Positions 11,881 to 25,670 of a DNA stretch of 64,000 bases are shown here, in pieces. The translations under genes were made by a program, and so were the position numbers. Location of the stretch: NCBI GenBank assembly GCA_964036045.1, contig OZ038379.1, forward strand, positions 1,798,001 to 1,862,000, in the 5' to 3' direction. Each line of letters starts with the position of its first letter. Within the stretch, counting starts at the first letter, position 1. Under the pieces are notes generated by a model, which did not search any database, was not told the origin of the DNA, and saw nothing but the letters and a program-made list of their open reading frames with translations. The stretch comes from Eutreptiella sp. 'Long Island Sound 2002' (lineage: Eukaryota; Protista; Euglenida).

Positions 11881-14800
11881 AAATATCGTCCAGAACCAAT
11901 TAGCGTCATTATGGAGTATGGATTTTAGGAGAAGGGGAAGACTAAATTTCGTCTAGCTTGATAAAATGCTTCAAATGGGCATACCTTTTTTTGCTATTCA
12001 CCCTAACCTGGCAGAAAGTTCATCCAAAACTAGTCATAATTGCAAATAGAGAGATGAAATTTGAGATTTGCCGTTGTGCACGCACAAAACACGGAAGAAA
12101 CACATATTTCAAATGCACCATATGGTAACATAGAGATGGCAACACAAAAACACAAGTACAAAAATGACACAGCCAAAATGTAAGAAAGTGCAGATAAGGG
12201 GGTCCTAACACGCGGGTAGTTTGTGTGGCCTAAGTAACACGCCACATAATCTTCACGTCCTCTTCAGAATCCTTGTTTGATGCCCATTGAAGGGAGCAAC
12301 AGAAGCTGTAATCCCGACCTTCTCGGCTTCCCCATGGTGGTGAGAAAGCAACCTGCAAAAGAGTGGATGTGGTGGAAATGAGCAGCAAATGTGTGAAAAG
12401 AGGTGGAAATGGGTAAAATTGGGTGAAAAGATGTGGAAGAAGCATCAAATGCTGCCACCAAACAACAATGATGGCTAGAGTATCACAAAGTATGGGTCTC
12501 TAGTACGGGCAAACGCCAAAATAGTCATACTGCGTGCGCATTGCTCTTAAGGGGCCCCCTCATAAAGAGCACATGCAATGAGGAAGCTCATGGCATATGA
12601 GCAGTGTGCAATGCTCAAAATGTAATCAAAGGTTTGCTCGCCACGTACTTTGCTTGAAAAACAACACACTACACGCCTCTCCGATGCTTTTGGTGCCTTA
12701 TCCGAGGGCTTTGCGAAGCGGCATCGAGGACTCATCACCGGATGACCCAGAGCTGCTATCATGTGACGACACAGATGTTCGTTCGTTTTTGGCGAGGCCA
12801 TAGGTGTCGGCCATGACGCAGAGCGGGACCTGCAGCACAAAGCTCACGCCTTGCACGGCCAACACGATTGCCAACACGTGGACATTGGACATCCCGCAGT
12901 GGAGTGTCAGCCACTGTTCTAGGTACGCGGTGAGGTAGAGCATGCAGTGGCTGGTCAGGAGGGTTTAGAGACATCTGGATCCTTAGACTCACGGCATGAG
13001 ACTTGTCACTCCCCCTGCTTGGTCCTACCCGCTCCTTTGCTTCATCTCGCACCAATTGTTGCATGTTGTGCATGTCCTCTCACAATGCCTTGGCCCTGCC
13101 CTTTAATCTCGCCTTACACCTTGCCTCACCCTTTTCGCGTTCATCGCCACTCTTTTCCCCCTAACATAGCTTGTTCCTTGTCAAGTCGGGTCCATGCATG
13201 TACATCGCCTTTTCGTGGCACGGCGTTGTGTTGTTGGCAAAACTCTAATCTTGCAGCAGGGGCACTACCAACAATGTGCCACAATGTTGCACCTCAAGCA
13301 TGCCTCCCTGATTTTTGTTTGAACATCCCACACACGTCCCCAACGTATGGGACGTGTGGACGTGTGGATCACCCAAAAAAATTTCCCCGTTTTAAGTTTT
13401 TGTTTGCCGCCTGTTTCACATTCCAGGCAGGTTTTTTGCCCCAATACCATTGACAAAAGCCTTTTGGGGATTTCATGGGTTAGGGGGGGGGGGGTTCCCC
13501 TTTTGGCCCTCAGGGCACCACTCATAGTTGCTAAGAACCACAAATTGGATGCGGGTCTTCTGCATAAACCCAAATTCATGCTTCCTTCCTAGTTTTGCTG
13601 TTCTTTTTTGTTACATGGTGTGGCCTTCTTTTTTTTTGCGAATTTTGGAGGCTAGTCTTCTGCATAAACCTAGATACATCCTTCCGACCTAGTTTAGCTG
13701 TTTTTGTTTGTGTTGCATGTTGTGGCCTCCTGTTTTTCTTGTCCCTTTTGACGTTTGGTGAAGCAGTGCCCTTGTTGCATGCGCAAAGTGTGTATTTATT
13801 GCATACAACGGGTACACAAAGTGATATTCCCGATGAGCTTGTTGCCACAGCACGCACACATGGGGAGAACGGAAGTGGGGCGGAAATAGGAGACCATGGA
13901 TGTCCCATATAAACATTCCGAGGCCATGTAAAAACCATGTAAAAACACAAAAAAACGTGGGAAACCCATAACAAAACACCCCAATTGGGGTAAAACGGGA
14001 AAATGAACAAAATGAACGTTTAAGCACCTTTATTGACCCCGGGATGTGCGTGGACTAGATGTGATTACACAAGCCCTAGAACATCCCCACCAATTGGCAT
14101 GGCAGATATGACTGAAAACTGGTTGGGAAAGAAGAAGCAACGAAATGGCACATCAACAAATGGCCCCCTTCCTGCCTCACACTCAAAGCAGCCCTAAAGC
14201 AGAGCTGAGCCGTGAGTAAGTAACCATTTCTGCGCTAACTTTACACCCCCAAAACATAGCAATTTTGAGTACCAATGATATTGCTTTTGTGCACATGTTG
14301 CACAAGGTCCCACAGCTCGTGTGGTGGTAGCAACTCAAGTAGGTCAGTGAATATAGTGATCCCTTGTGTCTGGCTTCTTTCTCCCCACCACAGACGAGTT
14401 CAACATCCGAGAAGTGGTCTTTTCTACCGCCCATTTGAAATTCAATTAAAATTGTACACCATTTCTCTTAGACCCGCGAGTACATTCTTGGTTAATTTCT
14501 GCACATCCTCGTTCTGTACAGCACCCATCTAGATTTTACTGGTCGCTTCAAATTGCACATGTGGCCTTTTCTCAAGCTTATCCATTGACGAGGCGAAGTG
14601 GAACTAGAGCAATGCCAAGAACTTTATATTGTTGTTGTGCGTCCGGGAGTGTTTGTCCAAGTAGACTTCCGCTACGGCACTGCACTTCAATAAGTCTCCT
14701 TGTTGTGTTGCAAGTGAGATATTGAAAATTTTTCCCTCTCAAACCACTTAATTTCAACTTGCTTAATCGGCTCTGTTGTGACCGCACTAGCGTAACGATC

Positions 14801-17800
14801 CACCATTTAGCATCCAAAGGGGCCCTGGCGCTATTGCCATTTGGTCTTCTAAGATGTGGAGGTCTTTCAACATCTCAACCAATTGGTTGTGTATCTTGGA
14901 AATGGCTACTCTTTGCTCCTTTTTGGGAATTTTGGCAAAGAACTTGGTCCGGTCTGCACCTCCTTACTCTAGTGGAATGATTGTTCTTTGGGGCCTTTAG
15001 CATTTCGTTCAGTGTCGGACGTCATGCGGCAAGTTTGCCGCCCGTGCATATTGTTGACCCCCTCCACACAAGCCCAAGGGTCTACTTGCCATCAAAAATG
15101 TCTCAATTGTAATTCCCAGCTTGTCCCGTCATACTCTGCTCGATCCCATAATTATATTTCATTGGGTGTGAGAATGACCATCTTGACGTCCACCCAAATA
15201 TATTTACATAGCTCTGGAGCCGGGTTGGTACATTGCGTCCGCATTGCGTGCCCAATCCGTGGGCACTGCGTGGGCACTGTGTGCAGTGCTGACACAATGA
15301 AGCCTAGCGAGGGAGGAAGGGAAGAAACCCCCATGCATTTATGGGGATGTCACAAGGGTCTTCATATACTTGGTGATTGGTGGCTGTGTCCAACGGCAAT
15401 TTGTGGTTCCGTCAGTGTGTTGGAAAATAGTGGCATCCTTCTGGGGACATAGGCATTATGCCTTGACCCCATTGGATCCCAACAACATGCACCACTATGT
15501 GGGCCGTTACTGATAAACCATGTTACTGATTGGCAATGATCCGAGAGTGCGGATGGAGGCCACAAAGACAGGGCTGGTGTTTCGCAGATTGTCCTTGATC
15601 AAGTTGAGTAGTTCGCCAATGGCAAGGGCAATGCAACAATTTGCGGACACTCATGTCCATGGTACTGCAAAAGAGACTTGTGTGCTTCCGCTCAAAGCGA
15701 ATCACGTGGCCATGTCCGCACGAGTGGCATGGAGAAAGTTAGGAGCTATGTTTTTTTGATCAAACCCGGTTTTGCATGGCCGGCGTTGCTAATGACGATG
15801 AAGGTTGGAATCCGCTTTGGAGTGTGTAACAAGCCACGTGCTAATTGTTTGCATTGTGAATGTGCACGACATCCACCAATTCCCCATCATCATAATTCAG
15901 CTACCTATAACAAAGAACGTGCAACAAAACCGGGTAAAAATGGGCTAAAATGGCTGAAAATGGGTGAACATGGGTAGCAATTCAAATATGCCACATCCCC
16001 AATGCACAAGAAGCGTAAAAAAGTCTCTATGGAACAACCAACCAAGTTCAACTCTTTGTCGACCTACAAAAGATTGCCCTTTGTGCGCACTGCGTGCACG
16101 GCATTCCCTTGGTCTTTGACCGGAATGACAGCCGCTAAATTGAAATCCTTACAATGCCTTGCTATCTCTACAAAACAGTCAAGATAAGAGTTTTGTGCCA
16201 CAAGGTGATGCCCGCTAGTTCCTTCCGCATGCCATCTTTCAAACCCATCCTCGCTCGCTTCGTTTACTTGATAGACATACCCCCCACCACTCCTTGAAGC
16301 ACCCTGGCTATAACCACCCCCTATCACTATGTATAACTTTCCGATCGTTTGTCCTTTTTGTGTCCGTTTTTTTTTGGTACCAACGAATAATGCCTCCCAA
16401 AACGTACCATGGGGTCCAAGTGCGACAAGGGGCCATAAGTTCCATGGCGACCCCTCCCCTGTGCGCCAACCTGCAGCCTCGCTTGTCTGAGGCCGTTAAT
16501 AGTGCCTTTTGAATTTTCAAGTCCTGCTTTTCAGTGGTACTGCATTTTTGCGCTCTAACAGATCCTGCTAACACTGGAGATCCAATACCTTGAGGCCAGT
16601 GACTACGTCAACATTCGTCCTTATTCATCCCCGTAGCTATGGTCCCTCGTCCACAGGCTCCGTCCAAATATTGGGTCTTAATTAGGGTTGGATTTAGGTC
16701 TAGTTCTCGAGGTTGTACTTGCAAATCATGGAGTTGACATTAGCAAGCACCATGATGATCTCCTTGTGGTATTGATTTAAAAGCTGCAATGTTTGGGGCG
16801 AAAGCGATTGGAATGTGGATGGCTTAATTTGACACAAGTAGCCTCCGGATCACAATAAATAATTCCCCCCAACAATGCGCTGCGGTGGGGGATTTGACAA
16901 TTGGGGTTGTGTAATGCAGGTGGGTTGGATGGTCTGATCATACACGACTTGCATGACGACAATAGAAAAAATTGTTGGCCCTCATTTGTGCCTGAATGGC
17001 AGACTTGAAATCAACCCAAAGAGGTAAAAATGACACTCTACCAAGATACAACGCCCGCAAAATTGTTTTGATTATTGGCCACACCATTTTAGGGCACATG
17101 ACATGAGCTTGCAAGCTCCGGCCCCTCATTATAGTGCTGCTTGGTAGCACACTCGTCAACACGTAAAGTGGTTAGCAGTTGACGCGCATCTTTGGCCCCT
17201 TGGTCAGCTAACACACACAATACGTTAATGCATGCTTTCTGTGCATGTTGCCTTGACTCGCGAGGTTAGGTTGAGGGTCACATGAGCAAAATGTGCACAT
17301 CACATATCACACTACGTGTGTACCTTGTGCAAGTTTGCCTTTTTTTCCGCTTATTTGAAAAGACGTGGTGGGGGTGGTGCTTCTCCTCACCAACGAGTCG
17401 GTCAACGCGAATTCAATGTGCTACACGCTGCATATCCCTTGCACATCCAAGCTGAATTGAACGGCCTCAAAGCAAGCCTTCCTCGAGGCAATATAAGACG
17501 TTTCCAGGTGAAAAGCATCATGTTTATGCTCACACGGCACTCAGCATAAGTTTGCAAGTTCAAACCCACTTTTCTACACAATTTGGAGGTGCCAAATGTA
17601 ATTTTTCTGAGGGGAAGGTCTATTGACCTCAACTGACGCATGATTGAGAAATCCCTCGGAAATCGGACCAACAATGGGCCCCGACAAGTTGTAGTACATT
17701 TGTTCTCCACAGGAATTTCGGGACATCTCATCTGCCGATGTTGGGACAAGGCAGCAGATGTGCAAACCAAATGTCGTGGGTTGGAACTTGGGGCCAGCAG

Positions 17801-20129
17801 TAGTGACAATAAAAGCTCTCGTGGCCTTATTGATGACTGAGGGCTCCCGATGCTTTTTTGCTTTGTGACTCCTTGCTATCCGGGTGAGGCCTCCGGGGTC
17901 ACGTAAGCGTTGACATGCTTTACCCTCAGAGTTCCAAGAAATCAGTTTGCTTGATATGGACAGTGGTGTCTGCTATTTTTTTGCAGAAGCATAACTTGAC
18001 AAATACAAAGAAAAAAATGAAATAAGAAAATAGATACAATGTGTGGGTTGTGGCTTCCTATTTCACTTACTCCTGATTGCTCGGTTTGGGTTTCTCCAGC
18101 TGCCTTATGTTGAGCGAGTTCAGCTGATTCCTTGTGTTCACTGGTGAACTGCTGAAGTGATGTGTGCTCTCCTTTTCTAATGAAGCATAACCGTGGCAGA
18201 CTACTGTACATGGCTGGCCGTGGTTCCTGGCCGTGGGTGGTGTACTCCCCATTAGTCTGAGTTTCTCTCCCCCTATTGCAGTACTACACTGTTGTGCCTG
18301 TGTTTTTCACCAAAAAAGGAACAACAAATATGGACTATGCTGCTTCCGCACGCCCTCGAAGGCAAAAGTCATTTGGAAATGAATGCAATGGTCTTCTTAA
18401 TGTCTGTTGTCAGTGTTGCGAAATCCGGTGCTCCACTGAAGGGAACATATGGTGCCATCTCAGTAAGTGGTGCATTCGTTGGGACACCTATCAAATGCGC
18501 TTGCTTGATGAGAGACCTGATGTTGATTACCTTCTGGAACTCGGGTTGACTCCAGAGCTTGATGGTGTCATGTATGACAACGTGTGGGACATTGCAGGAT
18601 TGCAAATATTTAATGAACATGGGGCTTGTCAGAGACTGGTCGCATAGTATATCGGTGAAACTCTAGGTTGATAGAGTTGCTTTGTCAGCATTTGTGACAA
18701 AGGCAGCAAAAATGACAAAATAGATAAAAGGCAAGATGTAAGTGGTCTGACACTTACGTAGCACGACCTCTGGGATGACGAACGGCACCTTAGAAATTGC
18801 CTCACAAGCTGAATTGTCTTGGACATTTGAGGCGCTGGAGTGCAACTGCAGTCTTGGGATATCTTGTACATTGTCCTCAGAGTCTTGGCCATTGATCTTG
18901 CAGAGATCTAGCATCGTAGCTGATGCTAATTGATTTGGGCGGTCGTCTCCTTGATCACATTTGGCATCTTCGCATTGATGTTTACGTGTTATTGCCAAGA
19001 ATCTAGCAATTCACTGGTGTTATGTATCTTTGTACGGCCATGCATTGCTTAAAAATCGAACATTGCTTGCTGGACAAGCTCGCTTGGCCATTCACGGGTC
19101 AAGATAGTAGCAAGGCTTAGTGCACCAACGCCCTGCGCCTCTTGGTCTTGAAGGTGTTGTCATGCACTTGTTCTGTGATACGTGACTTTCGGATTCTCTT
19201 CAGATTTTTCGATGCGGGGACTGGCACCTTTGGTGGTGTCCTTGTGTCAAAGGGGTTTTGTGGGACTGCACAGGCAATGCACTCCTCCTCGCAGATGACA
19301 TTTCGATATTTTGTGAAATGTGCGCAAAAGGGAGACAGTGGTGATTAGCGGATGGTGGTTGCGGTTGTCCGTGATGCATCTCCATACATATCGATACCAT
19401 TGTACTCCTTCTCAGAAATCACTCGGACTTTGTGGATTAGCGACAAGCGCCTTGGCAGCATCCTTGGCGCGGTGGTCAGCCATGGGTATAAAGTCTGAAG
19501 TCTGAAGTCTGATTTGGCATGTCGTGTTGCGGACCCACCATTAGAGCACATCCAAGTAAAAGTCTGATACAAGTGCGCCCCGCCCCCCCACACACACACA
19601 GGAACTTGAGTTCAAGAAAATGGTTACAGCGGTGCACACCCCCCCCCCCAAGACACATAGCAACTTCAGAGGAAAATGGGGATAAAAGTGCAATGCCCCA
19701 CCCCCCATAGACACACAGGCACTTCACCTCGGGAAAATGGTGCCTTAGGGAAAATAGGTTGGAATGGAAAATGTGGACAAGGGAACACTAGGAAAAGTCT
19801 GATACAACCCCCCCCCAAAAAAAAACACACAACCACGCAGTTCAAGAAAATGATGGGTTGGGTTGGGGAAAAAAGGGGGTTTGAAAATGCGGAAAACGCA
19901 ATTGTGGGAACAATGTGGCACAAGTACCCCCCCCCCCCCCGCCCAAAAAAAAACACATACCTCTCGAGTAATGGGGCGTTGGGGAAAATGTGGGAAAAGG
20001 GAAAACCAAGGGAAATGGGAAAACCGTACTGATGGTTGCTAATGTATGAATGGACCTGCAGAGAAGGAGAACATGGGGATTGGCACAGCAGGCATGCAAA
20101 AGCACAATACCACTGCAACCCCAACAGTG

Positions 20130-23100
20130 TCATTCATCAATGAGTCCGTCCATGTCACCCACCGGCACTTGGGAACATGGTTGTGAGCTGCTGGGAGGTG
20201 CAGCAGAACGGGTAACGCGATCCGTTGGGGGGACCCAGTCAGAGTCAAGCTGGGCTAGCAAAGGCAACACCTCCTGCATAGCAAGTTCTCGGGCTTGTCC
20301 CCGGGTCTTGCTATTTGGCACCTTCACACCCATGCTTGCCAAGCAATCACAGATGCGAGCGCGTGTCCAGTCACGCAATGTGCCTGACTTTGCAGCACAT
20401 ACCAACTTGGCCTGTGCACGGGCCAAGGCACGCTTTGGGTCGGACTTCCGTGGTGCCACTGCCTCCTCTTCACTGTTATTTTCAGCAGCCTCAGCTGCAT
20501 CATCCACAACCTGCACCACTGCCTCACCACACGGTCTTGGATCCTTGACGAAGCACGTATGGCAAACCAGACATGTGTTGCACCAGATGCGCACAGATTG
20601 CCTGCACACTGCACAGTCCGTGCCCCTTCGGAAAGTGAAGAAGTCATGGTTGCCGCCATGCTGAGCAGGACTACCATCTGGTTCGACCAAAGTGCCCTCA
20701 GTGTGCTCAGACGGGGCTTGTCGGTCACCGCGTCTGCGTGTTGCGCCTTGACAAGCCAGTGGCACTTCCAACCCCCCAAAAGATGGCAAAATGTCACCAT
20801 CGTCCGCCACTGCAGCCTCCCCTTCCAGGCACTGCAACATGGCCGCTTCCACTGATGTACGTGGATCAATGCGATGTGAAACCCTATGCCGGGGACGCAC
20901 ATCGAAGCGTGCATTGGCTGCAAGCTTGCTGGCTACCTCGACACCCTGCCCCTTCACCCACTGCCGCAAAGGTGGCAGATTACAATGCAAAGCCATGCAC
21001 ATGCTAAGGACATGTGTGTCCTCCATATCATGCATACTGTTGGTGAACCTCCCACGCAACGAAATGGCACGCTCAACAGCAACCTCAGCAGGGCAATATG
21101 TGCGCAGCAATGCTAAAACACGCCAAACATTCACCCATTGGACATGCTCCCGCTCCGGCGTCAAGGCCTCCCACATCCGGGACATGGGGGTCTTCGCGAA
21201 CGTCCGAACGACATGCTCCTTGAAGGATTCCCACTCTTCCAATGCACGAGCAGCATTAACATGCGCAGCTGCCAGTTCAGCATGGTGTGTGCCCATGAAC
21301 TGCTTCAGCAAATCCACTCCAAATGTGGCTCGATCAGCCGCTGGTAGAGCGAGCCAACGGCCGTGGTCAAGCAACACAGCACACTCAAGAACACCCGGGG
21401 GGTCAATGGTCCCCTGTCCCTCCCTGATGCCAGCAAGCAGTGTGTCTGTGACTGCCCGTGCCTCTGTGCCTGGAAAAGGGGGGCTGGTTGTGCACCTCTG
21501 GCCATCGGTATCAAACCGGACCAATTCAACGCCATGCCATGCACCTGTCACAGTTTGCTCTTTGAATTGAGTCCACCCTGGCCCCTCCTCCCTCGCCACC
21601 TTTTCCACCCGTGCCTGTAACATTTCGGTTGCCTTGGTCAAGTGGGCACCTGTTGGTGCATGCAACTGTGCAACGTTGTTGAAGCTGCGCGTACCGTGTA
21701 GTATGTCCCCATATACCACTGCCCATGACAGCAAACCTGCATCATGGTAATCCTCCCACACATCCTCCTCCTTGGTGGTGAGGTGCGTTTTGGAATCCAA
21801 ATGCCTCGCCACCCATGGCACATTGGCCAAGAACACCTTGTTGCGACGGGCATTTGCCTCGGACCACCGGATACGGTGACTAGCAGGGATCAAACGCAAC
21901 CCGCTGCGTGTATCTGGTCTGGTGTTCTCTTAGACACACCTCTCGATGTCCTTCCACTGGCGCGCACCGTTGTACAATGCACGTTGGCGACCCACAGCTG
22001 CCAGGTAGTCAGCATGCACTTGGCAGGCAGCCTCCAAGGCAAGGCCTAGCTTGCGCTGGACCACATGGCATGGCTCACCCAAGGGGGTTAGCAAGGACAG
22101 CCACTTCACAAGCATGGCAAACACATTGTGCTCCATTGCCGACACATCAACAGCTTGCCTTGCAGTGGCACCACGCACACCAAGGTTAGAGGCACCATCC
22201 ACCGCAAAAGCCACAACCTTCTGAGCCCACCAGGCACGATCAGGCATCCAGGACAGCAGCACTGCCTCCACCTGTGCCGTCACCTCTTGTGCCTCCCCTG
22301 AAGCCACATCCACCACACCAAGGAACACCTCACACATTCCCCCCGGCCCGTTGCCTGGAAAGAGGAGCAGGATGGCATACTCATTGATGCGATGCCGTTG
22401 CCGGTCAGATCCATCCAACAACAAGGCAATGAACAATGCCCTTTGCAAGGTCTCTGACACACCATCTTGCATGGCGCCATGCATTGCGACCATGGCCCTC
22501 TCAACTATCCATCGCCCAGAGGCATGATGGCCCGGTTCGGAGGTCAACGCACAATGCAGAAGAATGCGTTCACTGATTGCACGGATGGATGTGCACATGC
22601 GGAGGCCAATGTACACCTCCACCAAGCGCGACAAAATGGCTGCCACCGCATCGCTCATAGGTACACCGAGGTCCATGCCCTCACCCCTAATGAACACAGT
22701 GCTCCTCTCTGGCACATTGACTGCACATGCAGATGCACTGGGGCACAGTGCCCGAAAACGTTCTGCACAATGCACCCGGAAACTCTCCTCGGCGGCCAAG
22801 TGGTGGCGGCCAGGATTATCAATTTTCTTGTGGCTGCTGGTCGTGCCACGTGACACACCAAGGTGACCCTCCAGGGCATCTTTACGCCATCCCTTTGGTG
22901 TAGCGATCATCATACGCATGCCCATGCCATATGCTCCATTCACCAAGGCTGTAGCAGCCTTCGGTGGCCGCTTCACCCCAGGACAATCCGTTTCAGCAGC
23001 CCATGAACAACATATGCACATTACACCCCCTGGAACAGTGAACTGCAACTGCCAATGCTCATCCACAAACGCTTGCAGTGTCTTTGGCCCTGCTGTCTGT

Positions 23101-25042
23101 TGCCTGGGGGCTGCCCCCATCATCACAGAAAAAGCATTGCTCCCCGTTGCTGCCAATGCAGCAGATCGGGCTCTACCCTGTTCTATGGACTCGGAAACAG
23201 ACCGGTGCGACATGCCCTGACCTGCATGCCTCTCATCCCACTCCTTCTCATGACGTGCCCGGAGATGAGCCTGGTTGGCTTGCACACGGACCTGCAGATG
23301 CTGTTTCAGAGTGTTGGCACTGTATGGGCGCAGTTGACCGGCATCCCCACAAAACATGCACTGTGCCCCAAAAGCTGCCAAGTCCAGACCCACTGGGATG
23401 CTATGCCTCGAGGACTCATCCACGAAGCTGAATGCGAACCGAGTTTGTGGGTCACCCTGTAGCAACAACTTCCGCCGTGTGGCGACGATACCAGCTGTTG
23501 CAAAGAGCACCCGACAGCTGTTGAGGGCACACTGCAATGTGCCATTGCAGTCCGGATGATCGGCCAACGTCTCTTGGACTGTTGCTTGGTTGTACGGCTC
23601 CAAACCTGGGGGGGTCCGGCCCCTTGCAGCTCAGAACCGCATCCAGGGCACGGGGTGGTCCTTCAGGACCGCCTTTGAGAAGACAAGATCCTGTTCTGCC
23701 GATTGGATCACCCGCAGCATCAGGTTGTCGACCTGTGCGTTTGTTGGGGCGGTCACCAAGATGCATGCCCGAGGGGGGTTGTCGGTTGGTGCCCCCCCCC
23801 CTTTCCTGCCAGTGTGTATCGAATCTGGCGCCTTGGGATTCGGGATGCATGGGTCGAAGTGCCCCTGCTGCCACATCACTGCCTTGATGCAGGCCACCAG
23901 GGTCTCCGACTTCCCCGTGCCGGCCCCCCCATTCATGGAGGAGACAACAGCACCCTCATCCAGACATTGCCGGACAGCCAAGGCTTGGGAGGGGTTTAGG
24001 TCATGATGCTCCACAAGGTGACGCAGGATCTGCTGGTCCTCGGCAGGGAGGCTGTTAGACAGCCGTGGTTCTTGCCGGGTGGCATTGAGCAACGCGTTCC
24101 AGGCCTCCCCCGTCCGTATCTCCTCACGCAACGACCGGAACGCTACCTCGTCAGGCAGGACACGGCACCACCACCTGCGGATGTGCAAGATGGGCGGTTT
24201 GTTCGCACAAACAATGGTCACCATGTCACCGGAGGTGCCATCACCTTGCACCTTGCCAATCCAGTCCGGGTTTGGTGCCACGTCAAGGATGGCGACATCT
24301 GACCGCTTCATGTCCCATCCATGGATGAGATCCCCATCGGTCAGCTCGTAGTTGCCCCAAACTTCGAGCTCAGCAGCCCATTCTATTACCTTGACCATGT
24401 TGCCATGCTTGTCCTCCTTCAGCGTCTCAACCTTCTCAAACCACAGCTCCCTCTGGGCACCTTGCTCCCATGCCCACCTCCGGGCAGCGGCGATCTCATG
24501 CACGGTGTGCACCAAGGATGCCTTGTGGTCATACGCATCGCGATCAGCCCAACGGGTGGTGAATCCATCGGTTGGGTTCGTGTCGATGTCATAGTCCACG
24601 TGGGCAAGGGTTTCCGCAAAGGTCCGGGCCTTGTCTTTGGCTTGCGGCGGGCCTTGGCCTGTGCCTTGTGGTGGGGCCTGACCTTTGCCTTGCGGCGGGC
24701 CTTGGCCTGTGCCTTGTGGGGGGGCCTGACCTTTGCCTCGTGGGGGGCCATGGCCTTTGCCTTGTGGATGGGCTTGGCCTTTGCCTGTGCCTTGCTGGGG
24801 GCCTTTGCCTTGCACAGGGCCATGCCCTTTGCCTTGCTGTGTGCCTTTGCCTTGTGCAGGGCCATGCCCTTTGCCTTGCTCAGGGCCATCGCCTTTGCCT
24901 TGCTAGGGCGTTTGCCTTGGGCAAGGCCATACCCTTTGCCATGTTGTGGGCCTTTGCCTTGCTGTGGGCCTTTGCCTTTGCCGTGCTGAGGGCCTTTGCC
25001 TTGCCAATGGCCATGGGGCTGTGTTTGCCCTCCGTTTGCCAT
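20130..25042 (-). pseudogene. Fusion ORF: GKGQ-repeat N-terminus, Upf1-like SF1 helicase (stalk/1B/RecA1 only), hAT DDE transposase, Cys-rich motif and HeH/SAP-like motif
   Basis: ORFs 23631-24815, 21930-23603 and 20130-21899 share one frame, separated only by TGA (23631-33) and TAA (21930-32); there is a frameshift in the N-terminal repeats. Helicase motifs: LNPSQ, GGAGTGKS, VTAPTNAQVDNL, VLFATAG, FVDESS, GDAGQLRP. hAT motifs: IALLLDGS, FLGVVDV, AFAVDGASNLG, EPCH, IRW, PAEVAVERAIS. Confidence 0.85.
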
Positions 25043-25049
25043 GTTGTCT

Positions 25050-25537
25050 GGGTCGGGGCGCTGTGGCCGGGGACCGAGAGCGAACTCCTGCGGCTCAGAG
25101 GCCTGCAGTAGGTGAGTTGGGGGTTGAAAGGCGACCCTGGTCGGGGCGCTGTGGCCGGGGACCGAGGGCGAACTCCTGCGGCTCGGCGGCCCGCAGTGGG
25201 TGGGTACGGAGAGGAACGACGACCCTGGTCGGGGCGCTGTGGCCGGGGACCGAGGGTGAACTACTGCGGCTCAGCGGCCCGCGGTGGGTGGGTACGGAGG
25301 GGAACGACGACCCTGGTCGGGGCGCTGTGGCCGGGGACCGAGGGCGAACTCTTGCGGCTCGGCGGCCCGCAGTGGGTGGGTACGGAGAGGAACGACGACC
25401 CTGGTCGGGGCGCTGTGGCCGGGGACCGAGGGCGCACTCCTGCGGCTCAGCGGCCCGCAGTGGGTGGGTACGGAGGGGAACGACGACCCTGGTCGGGGCG
25501 CTGTGGCCGGGGACCGAGTGCGAACTCCCGCAGTGGG
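25050..25537. repeat. 88-bp GC-rich tandem array (~5.5 copies) inside the hAT element
   Basis: The unit start gaccctggtcggggcgc recurs at 25133, 25221, 25309, 25397 and 25485. Confidence 0.95.
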
Positions 25538-25670
25538 TGAGAGATGGGGTGGGGCACGGCCGCTTCGGGGCGGGCAGGCCCAACTCAGATGTCTGGGTCA
25601 GAGACGCGACGGGCTAGACCCAAGACGCACTTTCTCGCCTCAAGGGGGAGGTTGGAAATAAAAGAGTGCC

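Noticed and set aside
12698-12943. YLTAYLEQWL resembling histone H2A helix 2
   Set aside because: No other H2A motif is present and the ORF is short.
18276-18647. VWDIAG resembling the small-GTPase G3 box (WDTAG)
   Set aside because: There is no P-loop upstream and no proper NKxD; the surrounding sequence is a stop-ridden relic.
25050-25537. 88-bp array as a CRISPR, or as coding ORFs (24946-25661)
   Set aside because: The units are contiguous with no unique spacers and there are no cas genes in this eukaryotic context. The ORFs are by-products of stop-poor GC-rich repeats.
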